DNA from: a virus
DNA: 64,000 nt
Virus record (IMG/VR): IMGVR_UViG_3300020401_000014
Span: 1 to 64,000 of that record
Reading direction: 5' to 3' (one strand)
Positions 48,501-56,402 of the stretch are shown one piece after another (within the stretch, counting starts at the first letter, position 1; every line of letters begins with the position of its first letter). Below the pieces are notes generated by a model, which did no database searches, was not told the origin of the DNA, and was given only the letters and a program-made list of their open reading frames with translations. A program made the translations under genes and the position numbers.

Positions 48501-51500
48501 GTTACCCCCGACACAGAGGCCTCCTCAGTTGCATTTGAGTAATCAAAGTCGCCGTCGTTTTCTTCAAAGATTTTAACTTCTTGATTGCTGATCTGATCAA
48601 ATGGATACATTTTGTTATACGCAACACTTTCATCGCCATATTCATCTAGATCTATTTTTAGATCAGAAGTATCTTCAAGCAGCCCAATAAACCCAAACTC
48701 ACTACTATCTAAGCCAGACGCATACAATTTATTATTATTTATAATAAACCTATTCTTACAGAACATTGATGCTCCAGAACTTGCAAACTTTGAGCTGGTT
48801 TTTTCGGACTGATTTAGACCTTCAAACGGAATCTCGCTTACTGCGGTGGGGTCAGGATTATTTACTTTAACCTTAAAAGATATTACTCCAGAAGAAACCA
48901 ATCCCTCTCCTATGGAATTTATAGAATAGCCAGAAATTAAAGATGGATGCGAGTCTGTTATTTCAGGTTCATCAACAATGTTTTGCAATAATGTAGATTC
49001 TGTATTACCAAAAACACTTATGCAAATAGTTTTTTCTGATTCGCTAAATTGTCCATCATTTTGATATTCAAAATTTAATTGTATTTTTTCATCGTAATTA
49101 TATATTTTTGAGATATTATCATTTGTTCTAATTAGAACATCATCATCTCCATGCATTCCGGCGAGTAAACTGACCTTTCTAGGATTATGACCACCGTCGC
49201 CAGGCTGTAGATCTTTTTGGCACACAAAAAACACGATATCTCCTCCATGATCTGGTTCTCCCGAATAATTCGAAACTAAATTAAAAACAAGCAGCAAATC
49301 AGGCTCGGCTTGAACCGAGCCTTCTGTATGACATTCATATATTTTATTATCAAAAACAATTTTTTCACCAATTTTATAGGATTTTCTTTTTGATAATGAT
49401 GGATAAAATTCGTTAGGCCCACTATACTCACTGGGTCCATATTTTTGTATATTAGATTGCGAGATACCCTCTTCTTCATCAATCAATTCAAGAATTTCTT
49501 GGTATATGTAAATGTAATCCCCAGCACTATAATGAGAGCTTTCGTGATAATGTTGAACGATTGACCACTCGGGAGGCTCTAAAGCAGGGTTTAAGTTGTT
49601 GTTTAATTCTTTTGATATATAAATTTTATTTTGATAAGTCACTATATCTCCCTTAGAATAAACTTCGGACGGAGACCACTCAAGATTTAATAAATCACCA
49701 GTTTGAGAATCGGATCCAGGACCGTCAACATCCTTCCATTTAGGAGAACTTCTAAACAAATCTGAATGGTCGGAGATTTGGTCATAAAAATTATTTAGTT
49801 TTTTAAATCTAGAAAGAAGAGTATCTTTAGTAGATATTTCTGTATAAACTTGACTATATTCACCTTGTAGGTCTACTTGGCTATCTCCGCCCACAAATAT
49901 ATTTGAGTTAGAAAATAAATTTAAATCCACACCACTATTTATAATTGACCCTTCAGAAGAAAAGGGCGGAACATCGTCCGGCGCGGTAATAGGCTCGTTA
50001 TAGTCAGTGTTTTTGTCGTATTTTACAAATCCTGAATCTCCTGAACTAAGTTCAGCTGCAAAAATTACACCATCTTCTGTTTCATTATTATTTTGAAAAT
50101 TATTAGTAGGATTATTATGAGAAAGCAATCTATAATGATTTACTGCTCTATTAGGAGTATTTTTAAATAATTCTGTTTTCCCCGCGGATAATTCATAATA
50201 ATTACCACCATATTCCACAATACTGTACCTACTATATTCCCCATCTTCTGACCAGGTAACAGCATTTGCTGCAAAAGATGTTGTATCCTGATTACCAGAT
50301 GTCGCCTCGCTCATAGTGAAAAACGGTATTCTCAATCCGTCTGCATCCACTGGCGGATTACTAATAGACAAATTAGTAAATAACAAATCAAAAGAAATAC
50401 TTTTTTGATAATCTTCTCTCGGGGATCTAAGATATTCTCCTATTACATTTCCACTGGAAATTGAATTTAAAATTGCAGAATAACTGGTGATTAAAGTTCC
50501 ATTTTCTTCTTCTAGCTCAGGAGTAATTTCTAAAGATTCATCTTTTGATATTTCAATTGTTTCTCCATTATATTGCCGATCTGCTTGACCGACCTGATTT
50601 CCGCTTTCATCAAGAACTGTATATTTAAATTTTACAGTTGGATTATATTTTTCAAATAATTTTTGTAAATTAAATTTATCTGACAACTTTTCATCCACAA
50701 TAGAAGGGTTTCCTGACGCAAAATCTCTAGTAAAATCTACGTCAAAATTAGAATCCAGCCACGACTTAAAGTACTCTACTGCAGGATGTGCATTGTTAGA
50801 CACCAGAGGGTGATTTGCGGTCAAGCCTTTTCCGGTCACCCAGTTTACTCCAAATTCTGCTTGGGAAATGTAGGGGTGGTAAATTGAAGTCACCCTTAAA
50901 TTTTCAAGATTAAGCTCGGGGTTTGAATCGCTAATGTCCAAAGCATTTATCATGCTTGACGTAATATTTTTTACATTCGAACTCCAATAAAACGCTTCGC
51001 CTCTTACATCAAACGTTTTAACTTCGTCTGAATAAACTTTTATTTGTGATGAAAGCACGGTTTGATCTGTTTGTTCATAAACACCATCATTTAAGTAAAG
51101 ATAATCAAAAGACCTCGGGGACACAAAGTAAGTATTAGATTGATTATCTGACCCATATAATTTTTTTAATTCTCCTGTTCTTTTGGCGATAGGCTGCCAC
51201 CATTTTGTTCTAATTAATGAATGTACCGTGGAGCTTGTGCTGTAATTAGCAGGCCCGGATAACTCTAGATTAATGTTATAATTATAAACAGCTTTTTGTG
51301 ATTCTGTTTTTATGATTGTATCAAAATCAATTACTGGATCTTCTAAATCATAACCTGATGGAACCTCCTCAACCAAGCAAAACATCTTAATTTTTACGAA
51401 AAAGTCGTCGCCCATTTTTACTGCATCACCAATTTCGTAATAATTTTCAAAAGCAAGGTCGTAAGAACAATTTCCAGATCCATAAACATCTTTTTTATTT

Positions 51501-54500
51501 ATAGAGTTTCCATCAATTCCGTAGTAATCAATATTAGTATGGCCTGTATCCAATTGGCCTTGATTAAATTCTGCTTGAGTAATTTGTTTCCAAATTGTTT
51601 GAGATATAATATTTTGATTTATTAATTGATCAAACCTTTGGTTTGATTCCTGAACATTGGACACAAATTTATAATTTTTCGAACCTACGCTCGAATCTAT
51701 GTAGCCAGGAATTATTCCTGCGTAATCTTCAGGATTTTCGAGGTCTACATCAGAAGTATTTTTAAGGCATTTATAAACATGCACTGGCGTTTCAGCCTCA
51801 GCCGTAGAAAACAATAAAGACAACTCTTGCTCACTGTAACCAGATTGTTCTTCTAAGCCAAAAGTCCTAATCCATTCTTCATAAGTTTTATAAGTTCCAT
51901 CTGGCGACAAAACTTTAACTGGCCCAGAAGTTACAACAACCAGATCTCCAGGCGAATAATTACCTCCTTGAACCCATGACGGTAAGTTTGTTTCTGTATT
52001 GTTTTCTGCAATTTTATTGATGATTCCTTCTTCTGATACTGCCCGTTTCCAACCAAACCCAAGCGTCACGGCGCTTCTGCCGGATGTAGGCCAACTATTA
52101 GAATTGGCTAAAACTCTAAATGAGGTATATGTTGTAATTGAGGTTACTGAGGTGTTTATCCAAGCTAAATTATCATCTACCAAAACCAGCTTTGACCATA
52201 AACCAGGGTGTTCTAAAGGGTTTTTATCTTGGCTTGCTTTTTTCGCTCTAAAAAAATGATAAGCTTGTTTCGGCGAGAATCCAGCATTTTGTTTAATACA
52301 TTTGTAGTAAACCTTACTTGCACCCTCCCAACAGTAAATAATATCATCTATACTGTAATTTTGATCATGAAACCAAGGGTTTGTGCTTGATGTTGTTGTT
52401 TTTTCCCAATAATCTCCAGAAGAAAGCTTTACAATGGTTTGCGTTTTATATTCTTTAGAATCACTCCAGCTTATTGCTGCGTCTTCTAGTTTAATCGCGC
52501 CAGAACTTGCGCCAGTTTGTTTTCCGTGAGCGCTACCAACAACTAATTTAAATAAATCGCTCTGTTGCTGGGCAAAAGTTTCTCCAAGATCTAACCAGAG
52601 ATTATTTGTCATTGTGCCATGGTCTTCTAATTCAGAAAATTCTTCTTTAAGCTCGTCTGCGTTTATGCCGGGAAATCCAGTCTGCATAAGTCCTACAATC
52701 CTTTTAAATTTTGAAGATGATAGCGCGTCTGTTCTGAGAAGAATTGGGCGATACGCTCTATCTATAACTCTAGTTTCATCCTCATATACTAAACCAGCAT
52801 TTGCTTGCTGATCTGTTGGATTTAATGCGTTACCTAGAATCAAATAGTGAAGCGGCTGAGCCTGCGTTGTATCTGCAGCAACACTTTGGGTATTGATCAT
52901 TTGAGTAATATTCCCGTCGGTAATCGGATTATAACTATAATTTCTTGGTTCAGGGGGCTGACCATATTGCTGGAAAGGCCAACCAGAACCATGCAATCCA
53001 TTAAGAGGGTTGCCGTTAGAAAAAAGCTGCGGCGTAACCATTTCAATTCTTTGCCTAGAGAGCAGGTCTTCAATCATCAATACATATTTGCCAAGCAAAT
53101 GACTACCCTTATTTCCACCAGGATGCACGCCCCCTCTTCTTCTTGCATGAACATAGCCACGAGACATATAATAACAAGGAATTAAATTATCATACGTATA
53201 ATGAACAAGATCTCCAGTTGCATTTTCAATACTCACATTAGAAGGTGAAAAACTGTCGACATTTAAATATGAATTTATTTTATTATTGTCTATAGAATGG
53301 GTAGCAAAAGTAGATACGCCAGATATTGATAAAAATTTTATGCTAGTAGTTCTTCCGAATGTTACCGCTAACCTTGGTTGGCCTCCATGGTCTTTTCTTA
53401 AGTTTTTCGTATATATTAAAATATCATATTGTCCATCTTGAAAAGGTCCAGAAGAATTATTTGCCCCAGAATACCAAGGCCGACATTTACTTGAATGATA
53501 AAGATTTAATTTATTTCCCCATTTAGCCATTAAGTGCCCATATATATTTGATCCGCCACCAAAATCATTCATTCTTATTCTTGCTTTTGTTGGAATTATT
53601 GATTCGTTAGCAAGATTCTTGGAAACAGAACTAGAGTCTACTTGAAATCCTCTATGTGTCGCCTGCTTATTAACCAAATAGTCATATATAGAGCTTAATG
53701 AAGAATTAGGTCGATTAGTTGATGATGCATAATCTCTCCAAAAACTAGATGCATTATTCCATGGTATTTTGTCAAAATCATAATTTCCAGAAGCATCTCT
53801 TGCAGGAGTCTCAGTATTTTTTATACAAACTGCCAGTCTTGGGTGTTCGGTAGAATCAAAAGATTCATCCCAATTTGAAGGTATACTTGTGGTATCAATT
53901 TGTCCACTTACAATTGGCTGAAAATAGTTTACAAAATCTCCAACAGAATAAACCTCTGAAGAATTAAAAACTTGCGCGTCGATATTTGGGTCTGTAGGGC
54001 TATTTGTTGCGTCAATAATGTTAGTGTTTGCACCCAAATGTGCATTTAAAGATGTAGACGCAAATCCAAATTCTTTACTAGGCAAGGGTGTTTTTCCTAC
54101 GCCCGAAATAGCGAACTCTGGATAATTAACAGCTAATCTATCAAATCCAATGCCATCATCTAAATTAGGGCTTGGTTTTTTGGTTCTTACCACTCCGCCT
54201 CCCATAGAAGCACCTCCCGTAGGCCTTAAGGCTATAGCTGCTCCATTTTTATCACGCGGCAAAAAAGTTGCATTACAAACAATAAAAGGCATGTTAATAA
54301 ACTCAAACAAATTTAAGCATATTTCGTTTTCATTTACAGCATTACCAGAACCATTAATAAAATCATTCCTAGAAACCAATCTGACCCCTGTATGGTGAGT
54401 GATATTTAATTCCTCCATCGACTTCCATGAACTCGAAGAAGGTGGGTTAAAATCGCCAGCATTATTACCATCAACACAAACATATAAGTTTGTTGAGCTT

Positions 54501-54730
54501 GGTGTCGGCCTTTCTTCTCTTGACAAAAGATCCAGATCGTCACTATAGTAAATTGCAATGTGCCCGACTTGATACTGTGCCCCTAGACGAAACCTAGCGT
54601 ACCACATTGGCAGAGCGCCCGGTAAAGCCGCCCTGTGGGCGCCAAATATATTTCTATTAGATATTCCGGCAAAGGCGGGTTCTGCAGACAAAAAGTCTAA
54701 ATTAAAATCAATATGTACTCCGCCGCCCAT
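36578..54730 (-). CDS. Giant 6050-aa adhesin/tail-fibre-like protein
   Basis: Uninterrupted 18.15-kb ORF; about a dozen CBM5/12-like WxxxxxYxxGDxV motifs, RCC1/BLIP-II-like blades and a DUF4214-like motif; no signal peptide. Confidence 0.7.
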   Translation of the reverse strand: MGGGVHIDFNLDFLSAEPAFAGISNRNIFGAHRAALPGALPMWYARFRLGAQYQVGHIAIYYSDDLDLLSREERPTPSSTNLYVCVDGNNAGDFNPPSSSSWKSMEELNITHHTGVRLVSRNDFINGSGNAVNENEICLNLFEFINMPFIVCNATFLPRDKNGAAIALRPTGGASMGGGVVRTKKPSPNLDDGIGFDRLAVNYPEFAISGVGKTPLPSKEFGFASTSLNAHLGANTNIIDATNSPTDPNIDAQVFNSSEVYSVGDFVNYFQPIVSGQIDTTSIPSNWDESFDSTEHPRLAVCIKNTETPARDASGNYDFDKIPWNNASSFWRDYASSTNRPNSSLSSIYDYLVNKQATHRGFQVDSSSVSKNLANESIIPTKARIRMNDFGGGSNIYGHLMAKWGNKLNLYHSSKCRPWYSGANNSSGPFQDGQYDILIYTKNLRKDHGGQPRLAVTFGRTTSIKFLSISGVSTFATHSIDNNKINSYLNVDSFSPSNVSIENATGDLVHYTYDNLIPCYYMSRGYVHARRRGGVHPGGNKGSHLLGKYVLMIEDLLSRQRIEMVTPQLFSNGNPLNGLHGSGWPFQQYGQPPEPRNYSYNPITDGNITQMINTQSVAADTTQAQPLHYLILGNALNPTDQQANAGLVYEDETRVIDRAYRPILLRTDALSSSKFKRIVGLMQTGFPGINADELKEEFSELEDHGTMTNNLWLDLGETFAQQQSDLFKLVVGSAHGKQTGASSGAIKLEDAAISWSDSKEYKTQTIVKLSSGDYWEKTTTSSTNPWFHDQNYSIDDIIYCWEGASKVYYKCIKQNAGFSPKQAYHFFRAKKASQDKNPLEHPGLWSKLVLVDDNLAWINTSVTSITTYTSFRVLANSNSWPTSGRSAVTLGFGWKRAVSEEGIINKIAENNTETNLPSWVQGGNYSPGDLVVVTSGPVKVLSPDGTYKTYEEWIRTFGLEEQSGYSEQELSLLFSTAEAETPVHVYKCLKNTSDVDLENPEDYAGIIPGYIDSSVGSKNYKFVSNVQESNQRFDQLINQNIISQTIWKQITQAEFNQGQLDTGHTNIDYYGIDGNSINKKDVYGSGNCSYDLAFENYYEIGDAVKMGDDFFVKIKMFCLVEEVPSGYDLEDPVIDFDTIIKTESQKAVYNYNINLELSGPANYSTSSTVHSLIRTKWWQPIAKRTGELKKLYGSDNQSNTYFVSPRSFDYLYLNDGVYEQTDQTVLSSQIKVYSDEVKTFDVRGEAFYWSSNVKNITSSMINALDISDSNPELNLENLRVTSIYHPYISQAEFGVNWVTGKGLTANHPLVSNNAHPAVEYFKSWLDSNFDVDFTRDFASGNPSIVDEKLSDKFNLQKLFEKYNPTVKFKYTVLDESGNQVGQADRQYNGETIEISKDESLEITPELEEENGTLITSYSAILNSISSGNVIGEYLRSPREDYQKSISFDLLFTNLSISNPPVDADGLRIPFFTMSEATSGNQDTTSFAANAVTWSEDGEYSRYSIVEYGGNYYELSAGKTELFKNTPNRAVNHYRLLSHNNPTNNFQNNNETEDGVIFAAELSSGDSGFVKYDKNTDYNEPITAPDDVPPFSSEGSIINSGVDLNLFSNSNIFVGGDSQVDLQGEYSQVYTEISTKDTLLSRFKKLNNFYDQISDHSDLFRSSPKWKDVDGPGSDSQTGDLLNLEWSPSEVYSKGDIVTYQNKIYISKELNNNLNPALEPPEWSIVQHYHESSHYSAGDYIYIYQEILELIDEEEGISQSNIQKYGPSEYSGPNEFYPSLSKRKSYKIGEKIVFDNKIYECHTEGSVQAEPDLLLVFNLVSNYSGEPDHGGDIVFFVCQKDLQPGDGGHNPRKVSLLAGMHGDDDVLIRTNDNISKIYNYDEKIQLNFEYQNDGQFSESEKTICISVFGNTESTLLQNIVDEPEITDSHPSLISGYSINSIGEGLVSSGVISFKVKVNNPDPTAVSEIPFEGLNQSEKTSSKFASSGASMFCKNRFIINNNKLYASGLDSSEFGFIGLLEDTSDLKIDLDEYGDESVAYNKMYPFDQISNQEVKIFEENDGDFDYSNATEEASVSGVTMVDSEGGNTVFIFNNKLYGFGHNQGYSLGLCADANDNFGIGQRASSLSLQEKSSEATQDMMEAFLHFDAEYYLKLQATGSDYNLGDERGVFADDQSKVLMAWKYFKNFGFYKSLPAEYELICHSVINSSQISNPYNGYISNLNWSFTDQYNSSKSWIAQSGVMSTVSAYAPPYKPSEFWQTGGLHAFNIDQKYAPTDSNQMVIGDIDAYQEVSIFENFKRLNNKTSDKSEYIETIKSNAAQFKFLSDKVSTVDLSFGGSEPSIGWNGILVSEDALNQNHPNFSSSIINPASQTPATSLSRFKIGDLIGASSLDSFGTTTNFRSFYNTNLIYSNEDPNNQIMPKETLYVQGKPFWDPIIGCPDHVVFDFVSGEYPEGSDDSKDNVLGLYKLVSESNITFGNYPRFSKSLEISNLAGGERWQDGLSGNIKSVIPARTYVPRATKLTDEDVTWASTNKYSTFYINSSGQVKALGSVCACPAFEIQGFDDSDLSSEGNLNLNSEIDIQNFDSFGNLRLSPDPYVYSNDAWGLVYSEKGTVDSSNLQNKSDILSGESKIAGKDNSIYNFFNPLDGSFITSAPLESDVTTHNGIEVNQFGIYSPTSVFHVPWFSGVNSDATVDAVYRLILNRASDTAGEAYYTARGYLTVYELVQHIIDEGINHGGEYDPSIHGEDPTPASVKRDFEFLKTFGNTGISYASSTPAKHLIQISPDFFGAVNIENCERQEVNGTYRMATAFNDLNQWYNHPFNSDARSEGYGIWVSEKDTAYGKILIFFDAAFKLWRMQYSDFYVQETFSSGADPKIELLIAMQYHYEDANAADGTGYTKTSKANNKTPADVDSWVVGTGAWLNQDVEEGGEAQDPVVVSNTQHTFYDSTRVSWPARRFYSAYNWNTTQHAHLTIFPIPLDATVTNPSFTFGTDGHTNLFSPDGVSHYFNRRDWQGARPVEIIRNYTFPTEAINLVSSESLRDALALQNFNVAEDDDEYYHKGTVHSNFSGDAVSMPGEHLIVDDSFEIVGALDNDGSKQIDVNTVVDITIPTGDQAGNTRTWIPAHWGDKFNIKNDSNSNLPAWPGYRTEGGIIYGNGGWNYIPEDVDFVTEFSGNNIASGALGHYRGGAVREAFSMLSPFDTVPTGSRDSLDVWRYNLNVEAESITFKVKFTKKPGNFNSTGVAFGFYIFQDAGYKPLYMTDVDALFSTWPLTHKYPGDPLFLDFSRSAFMYGFSSIGAYLSDDTPGFGGIETPGFAGFPGAGSLPIIYNGNPLEIGLVDNFVGDGYNTVSASGAMLPTGTADFHFQDDSQRKTVPDVYVQNGEFVTLGGTRFYYFNPNFAPSSGRDFMHDNKFDADARQYAFLQRFFRWDNYIYEAYDDNGTFTFSGPNRDLIINSSGLTGSRPENFSADQWGIASDHILNRDENRIIGFGVQGYGAAITLYNASLIDGFPSAPGAELTSDAQFERHDAFHVNSHFGSGSSHNFGSYADFDENGELEMEITLLFNDTLNYSASNSIPPQGFFVVPVAEHLDTVSEIDLNLLNEEYEITASVTPFVEVFDEPMFLSSCTTLHVVTQDPVTNAPLTQVQAAEKNITPQSFSLESGGVSQYYSSITGLDASPFDYEISETYIQSDFTERFLSAGFPKKSWVNYFLGELTDWNFYFDNQPGLESQLSAQYPGVPLALLGLYDWNSQMFWNQRVEKSQYLQAGGSQRIKSSASYYRGIDSMRHNADWFYDDIFGWTTKSNGTHEPPSNLKQYSDSEWYFTTKYNCWFEVKSDQKTRRDNGSSFDVFLLNYGFNLIQHSPGSIPYNNDGLVSFDSFGEVLVGEIQIDQTYNQLDSYVYNNGDVVKIELAESEKLYRTLYFVSLKDNNTEEVGFIGSLSQVDEKKIKVPAPKGITKRYSITKQNTSSDSNLDGSLVVYDPSEYGGDKAKSVELGDSHALILTESGKVFGVGDNSFKQIDKKFTRNDNFNGLIQDDLYGRSVNNDILYLECIQNNAQSPFDQKSHWKQIPKPVWPVNAWKQSSTYSVGDKVFVRNETFFSILYLPQGNTNVKVTDKVIGSKWLDLGFWTEMEATFENSNRYAMSSEVVCARTIGEMFEREWAPGYSSSPPFDNSFYNVIIFAGKKDLIHHTKGMKSQHRYSYGDSFFITDRCYLNPHQIFNFESVSAVQNVRISAIDASGKGSIFLDSSNNLYGIGNNEISCSKKGEYLSDNPLGTVFGFRSEFLEGPSFIADGVTFMSKVGDCVSFISGGKSYRAGGVGLNPYFENYQELGAPALILDNDGTEIKAKTVFVESVDFWDKEDWFMERFLSQKFKNKFYLKGEKYKEMSESRISLNSRVGQYTSHTYNTPEINSFIEPYDSAKNYQAHIKSGQIYDAETETYIQTERPELSSGRDSAIKFNALPSAFESTVPSLVTYENKIYKCIQNNGADNFSNEVNSLFMKNRRCRNWQSSFTEDNMVFIPGQAGSELYWEEVSDLQNKNIIQTIVEKLNLFSFSSMIYVDSNNKLNIRGYNFGYTSGTGGVMSGLKDNSALIANERGSELGVRSPESQNIIRKHAGVKAFNYDLTNAVRLQNPFHVSSLYLDLQQGFVRDWVHPDPVGVEFNQTISGGRSLNCVDFLGFNRARGRYLFAFENSSQAFVGQTWSGGYDYNEGEYVFDEGQVYRAKVEIAGEAFNSQSPADDTNRWEQLTGTLRQTEIEAATNMDIGDYSNLNFVSQNTVYGSLNFADFQLLANNWKPHVSSHAPTGRILDRELSNSSSFGRKNTLFNGELYYSWPVLDPFAPSFMQGLGAKYATPLTQRFVIGHYTPANYAGIDRLDIGLIDFSSNPYGHKTGLESLRDNVYSWLNFEHSTEYPALIPAALRTPVKGLLSWWDLVKDVSKKLKYSKNIDTSIQDHQAFSEFTFMENYYGVENSNTFPLSDKTHFEAKPHISESAAPWQNRDNTQYYNPWSESNNFIQYAAKQENWSVFTSLTTYDMKNFDNIYGGNVNSNMLAGFLNDSQILNPSNFEDSIWDEWFSSQINEDDFSGLTDAFKELTIFDLNSHDKFLLGSYMLDPASLPFGESIPRWGYGFESDKIVSKSEYNIGERVFHKGFCFVSTVNSNSLEPVVSNSRDAGIDENGWNAIEPEELHRFRSQIGTAHQVTSAKLNSNSIVDGDPYLRQEYIPQQTIGHSQIDFSFARKSDLTNFHKIKDFDLFDRAEWNKANQNNETPADLMPHETHPIVEAENTRAEPLSAQAKNIKGIDYPFWYAVKSQAQSAAYNSYFDNYWSNFQGYSGFSQQKFHYMHSLGRFYHVLGYYDEYHTNATGDSGYERKSKSEIPAGDNTQPDDSPVFWIFNFRVPTNIPNYIQNYEYTFANGTKISVNPRFAVRTSAQIQAMKNQIDANGVESILDESGNVLTDPEEIANNIPIEIFYHVRDMVQTSPTLQAVKNVKYKFPKPAFPNPFGQVTDYMEAVSEMHNFGFSNFTKGSDASTDIWGREINQDFYCSPKFSTDYYNQLKENYYIDRSPTGISNVYCENTMTESNISTWKNDSAISLYSIDASGDLSFTKQDDIIQVPNGAFYLPNRNKMHVESTGLLLTKEEKDHSQILYKYTNSAGNLVVSAVLYGPELYYRGGEFRSNFEFVKGKVYLVLGGLYVCLQSWDVVSMHGNNDVRFPFLGKNDYMEFLGDIYANSVSIQSEDVYSQSADGKLALVSDKKFNYFEDFAHAIRNRRHLRFELRKIWSMETNVNNQSMNYIDSGTTYRHQGFINPSDTSSDKYAYVLEGGFAGIAMSDYFDIFKDTYSNKINKSYTDSESHNTTSLATTFQVGLHHKHHQISKDQAKLLAEKHIINLAKKREGLDYVWYDARKCKWIAGRNWLQESVAGEYSSEDLARSAAQNAGLSDNDLFEWGVECYPDIYKNDDGSVNRSMDKWIEHDVIYIGGKKHHQCLARIHGVIEKWKSEIDNKFPGILKVKNGGLALALLGSMINIKDWHNTNIEIDIAQ

Positions 54731-55244
54731 TTTTATAAAAAGTTACTTGAGAAAATTTTTTATCTTTGGGCGTGATTTCGGCTCCCAAAAACTTCAACCA
54801 TCGGATGCCTAATTTATTTTTATTTTCTACTATGTTTACAAGTATATCAAAATCTTCTCCAAATAGCCAATCAAAGTGGTCTTTTGATATTTTCATAAAT
54901 TCATATGCGCCCAGAATGCTTTTTAGGTTGCCATAACTTTTTTTCATTCCTCCTTTGAATTTTAATATGTCAAGAGAGCTTTTGGTTCCCAAGGCCCAGA
55001 CTCCGCCCACTCTTTCGTGAGGAGACTCATGCACGCCAAGGCACCCAACCAACGAATCATCGCTAAAACAAAACGAGAGGCTTCTTACTGAAGAATTAAA
55101 TGTACTAACAACATGCTCTTGATAGTTTTCCCAGCCCAAATATTGTGAGTGCCTTAAATCAACCTCTCTAGGATGCATGCACAACTCCATAATATCTCCA
55201 TCTTGCACGTCCCTGACATAGCCATTTTTACCTAAAATTTTCAT
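54708..55244 (-). CDS. GNAT-fold protein, T7 gp13/DUF2833-like
   Basis: LVGCLGV...GGVWALGT...LVNIVENKNKLGIRWLKFLGAEI. Confidence 0.55.
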   Translation of the reverse strand: MKILGKNGYVRDVQDGDIMELCMHPREVDLRHSQYLGWENYQEHVVSTFNSSVRSLSFCFSDDSLVGCLGVHESPHERVGGVWALGTKSSLDILKFKGGMKKSYGNLKSILGAYEFMKISKDHFDWLFGEDFDILVNIVENKNKLGIRWLKFLGAEITPKDKKFSQVTFYKNGRRSTY

Positions 55245-55284
55245 ACCGAACCTTATATATTATATACACAAGAGGCTGAATTTA

Positions 55285-56364
55285 TTAACTTTTATTGTGC
55301 TTAACTAGATTGTTTTGGAAAAATACTAAATTTTTGGGGTTCGTAGGAGAAAACCCTTTTAGCATAGCTCTATTTTGTTCTTCGTAAACATTTATATTTT
55401 CTTCGTGATTTTTTACTGCATTAATTAACTGATTCGCAGCAAAATTTATATTACAATCATTATAATAATATCCATATGATTTAATATATTCAGAATTATG
55501 TATAAGCGGTAAATTTAAATACAAAGCTTCTAAAAATAAATAATTTAAAATATTGTTTTCTTGATATGATAATACATATTTTCCTATACTATTAAATACA
55601 TCAAATGAACTCCAAGACCCACTTAAAAATAATTTCTTTACTTTATCTATATTTAATTGTCGCGTGAATTTAAAAATGTTTTTACTTTTTTTAAGCTTTT
55701 GAGTATTAAACATACTAAATGAGTCAAAGCTCTCGGGTGAAATATGATTTGCTCGCTCACAAATTAACATAGGTACTAGAGAATTCTTAAAAGCATTTTG
55801 ATTGTTTTCAAGTACAACTACATTCTTCTTTTCATTTTTAACTTTAAAATTTATATTTTTTTCGTTTTTCTTTATACTGATAAACATAGGCGACCAAAGG
55901 TATGGTGCGGCCTTTGACTCGCAGTCCATATTGTGATACGTTTTAGCATACTCCAACGAAGCTGCATGATGTTCTGGAACCCACACTTCATCAGCATACC
56001 AGGTTCTTGCTCGCATTTGCCTAGAGTTTACAAAATCCTCTTGGTCTATTGCTGCAGAGTAATAATGATCGTATAAAATAAACTTACAAGCTGGATTAGC
56101 TTCTTTTATTTTTGTATATTCTGCTTTAGAAAGCTCAAAGCAAGACATTATGACATAATCTATTTCAGGAAACTTTTCTAAATATACATCTTCTATATCA
56201 TAAAACTTACAATCTAGATTATTTTGCACATCAGACTTAAATCTATTTAACAAAAAAACATTAAATCCTGCTTTTTCGATAGATTTATACATAAAAATTG
56301 AGGCTTGAATTGCAGATTTTTTCCAAACTGAACTGCCTAAATCGCAAGTAATAAAAATATTCAT
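55285..56364 (-). CDS. DUF2827-like putative glycosyltransferase
   Basis: PYLWSPMFI, VLENNQNAFKNSLVPMLICE, QENNILNYLFLEALYLNLPLIHNS...GYYY. Confidence 0.65.
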   Translation of the reverse strand: MNIFITCDLGSSVWKKSAIQASIFMYKSIEKAGFNVFLLNRFKSDVQNNLDCKFYDIEDVYLEKFPEIDYVIMSCFELSKAEYTKIKEANPACKFILYDHYYSAAIDQEDFVNSRQMRARTWYADEVWVPEHHAASLEYAKTYHNMDCESKAAPYLWSPMFISIKKNEKNINFKVKNEKKNVVVLENNQNAFKNSLVPMLICERANHISPESFDSFSMFNTQKLKKSKNIFKFTRQLNIDKVKKLFLSGSWSSFDVFNSIGKYVLSYQENNILNYLFLEALYLNLPLIHNSEYIKSYGYYYNDCNINFAANQLINAVKNHEENINVYEEQNRAMLKGFSPTNPKNLVFFQNNLVKHNKS

Positions 56365-56370
56365 AAATAC

Positions 56371-56388
56371 GTGTAATCTATTTTACAC
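56371..56388. promoter_or_regulatory. Overlapping inverted GTGTA motifs (GTGTAA-N6-TTACAC) between divergent GT genes
   Basis: 38-bp intergenic region between ORFs starting at 56364(-) and 56403(+). Confidence 0.55.
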
Positions 56389-56402
56389 AAATATAACGCA
56401 TA

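Noticed and set aside
36578-54730. Diversity-generating retroelement acting on the giant fibre
   Set aside because: No reverse transcriptase and no near-identical template/variable repeat pair seen; the motif repeats are diverged at DNA level
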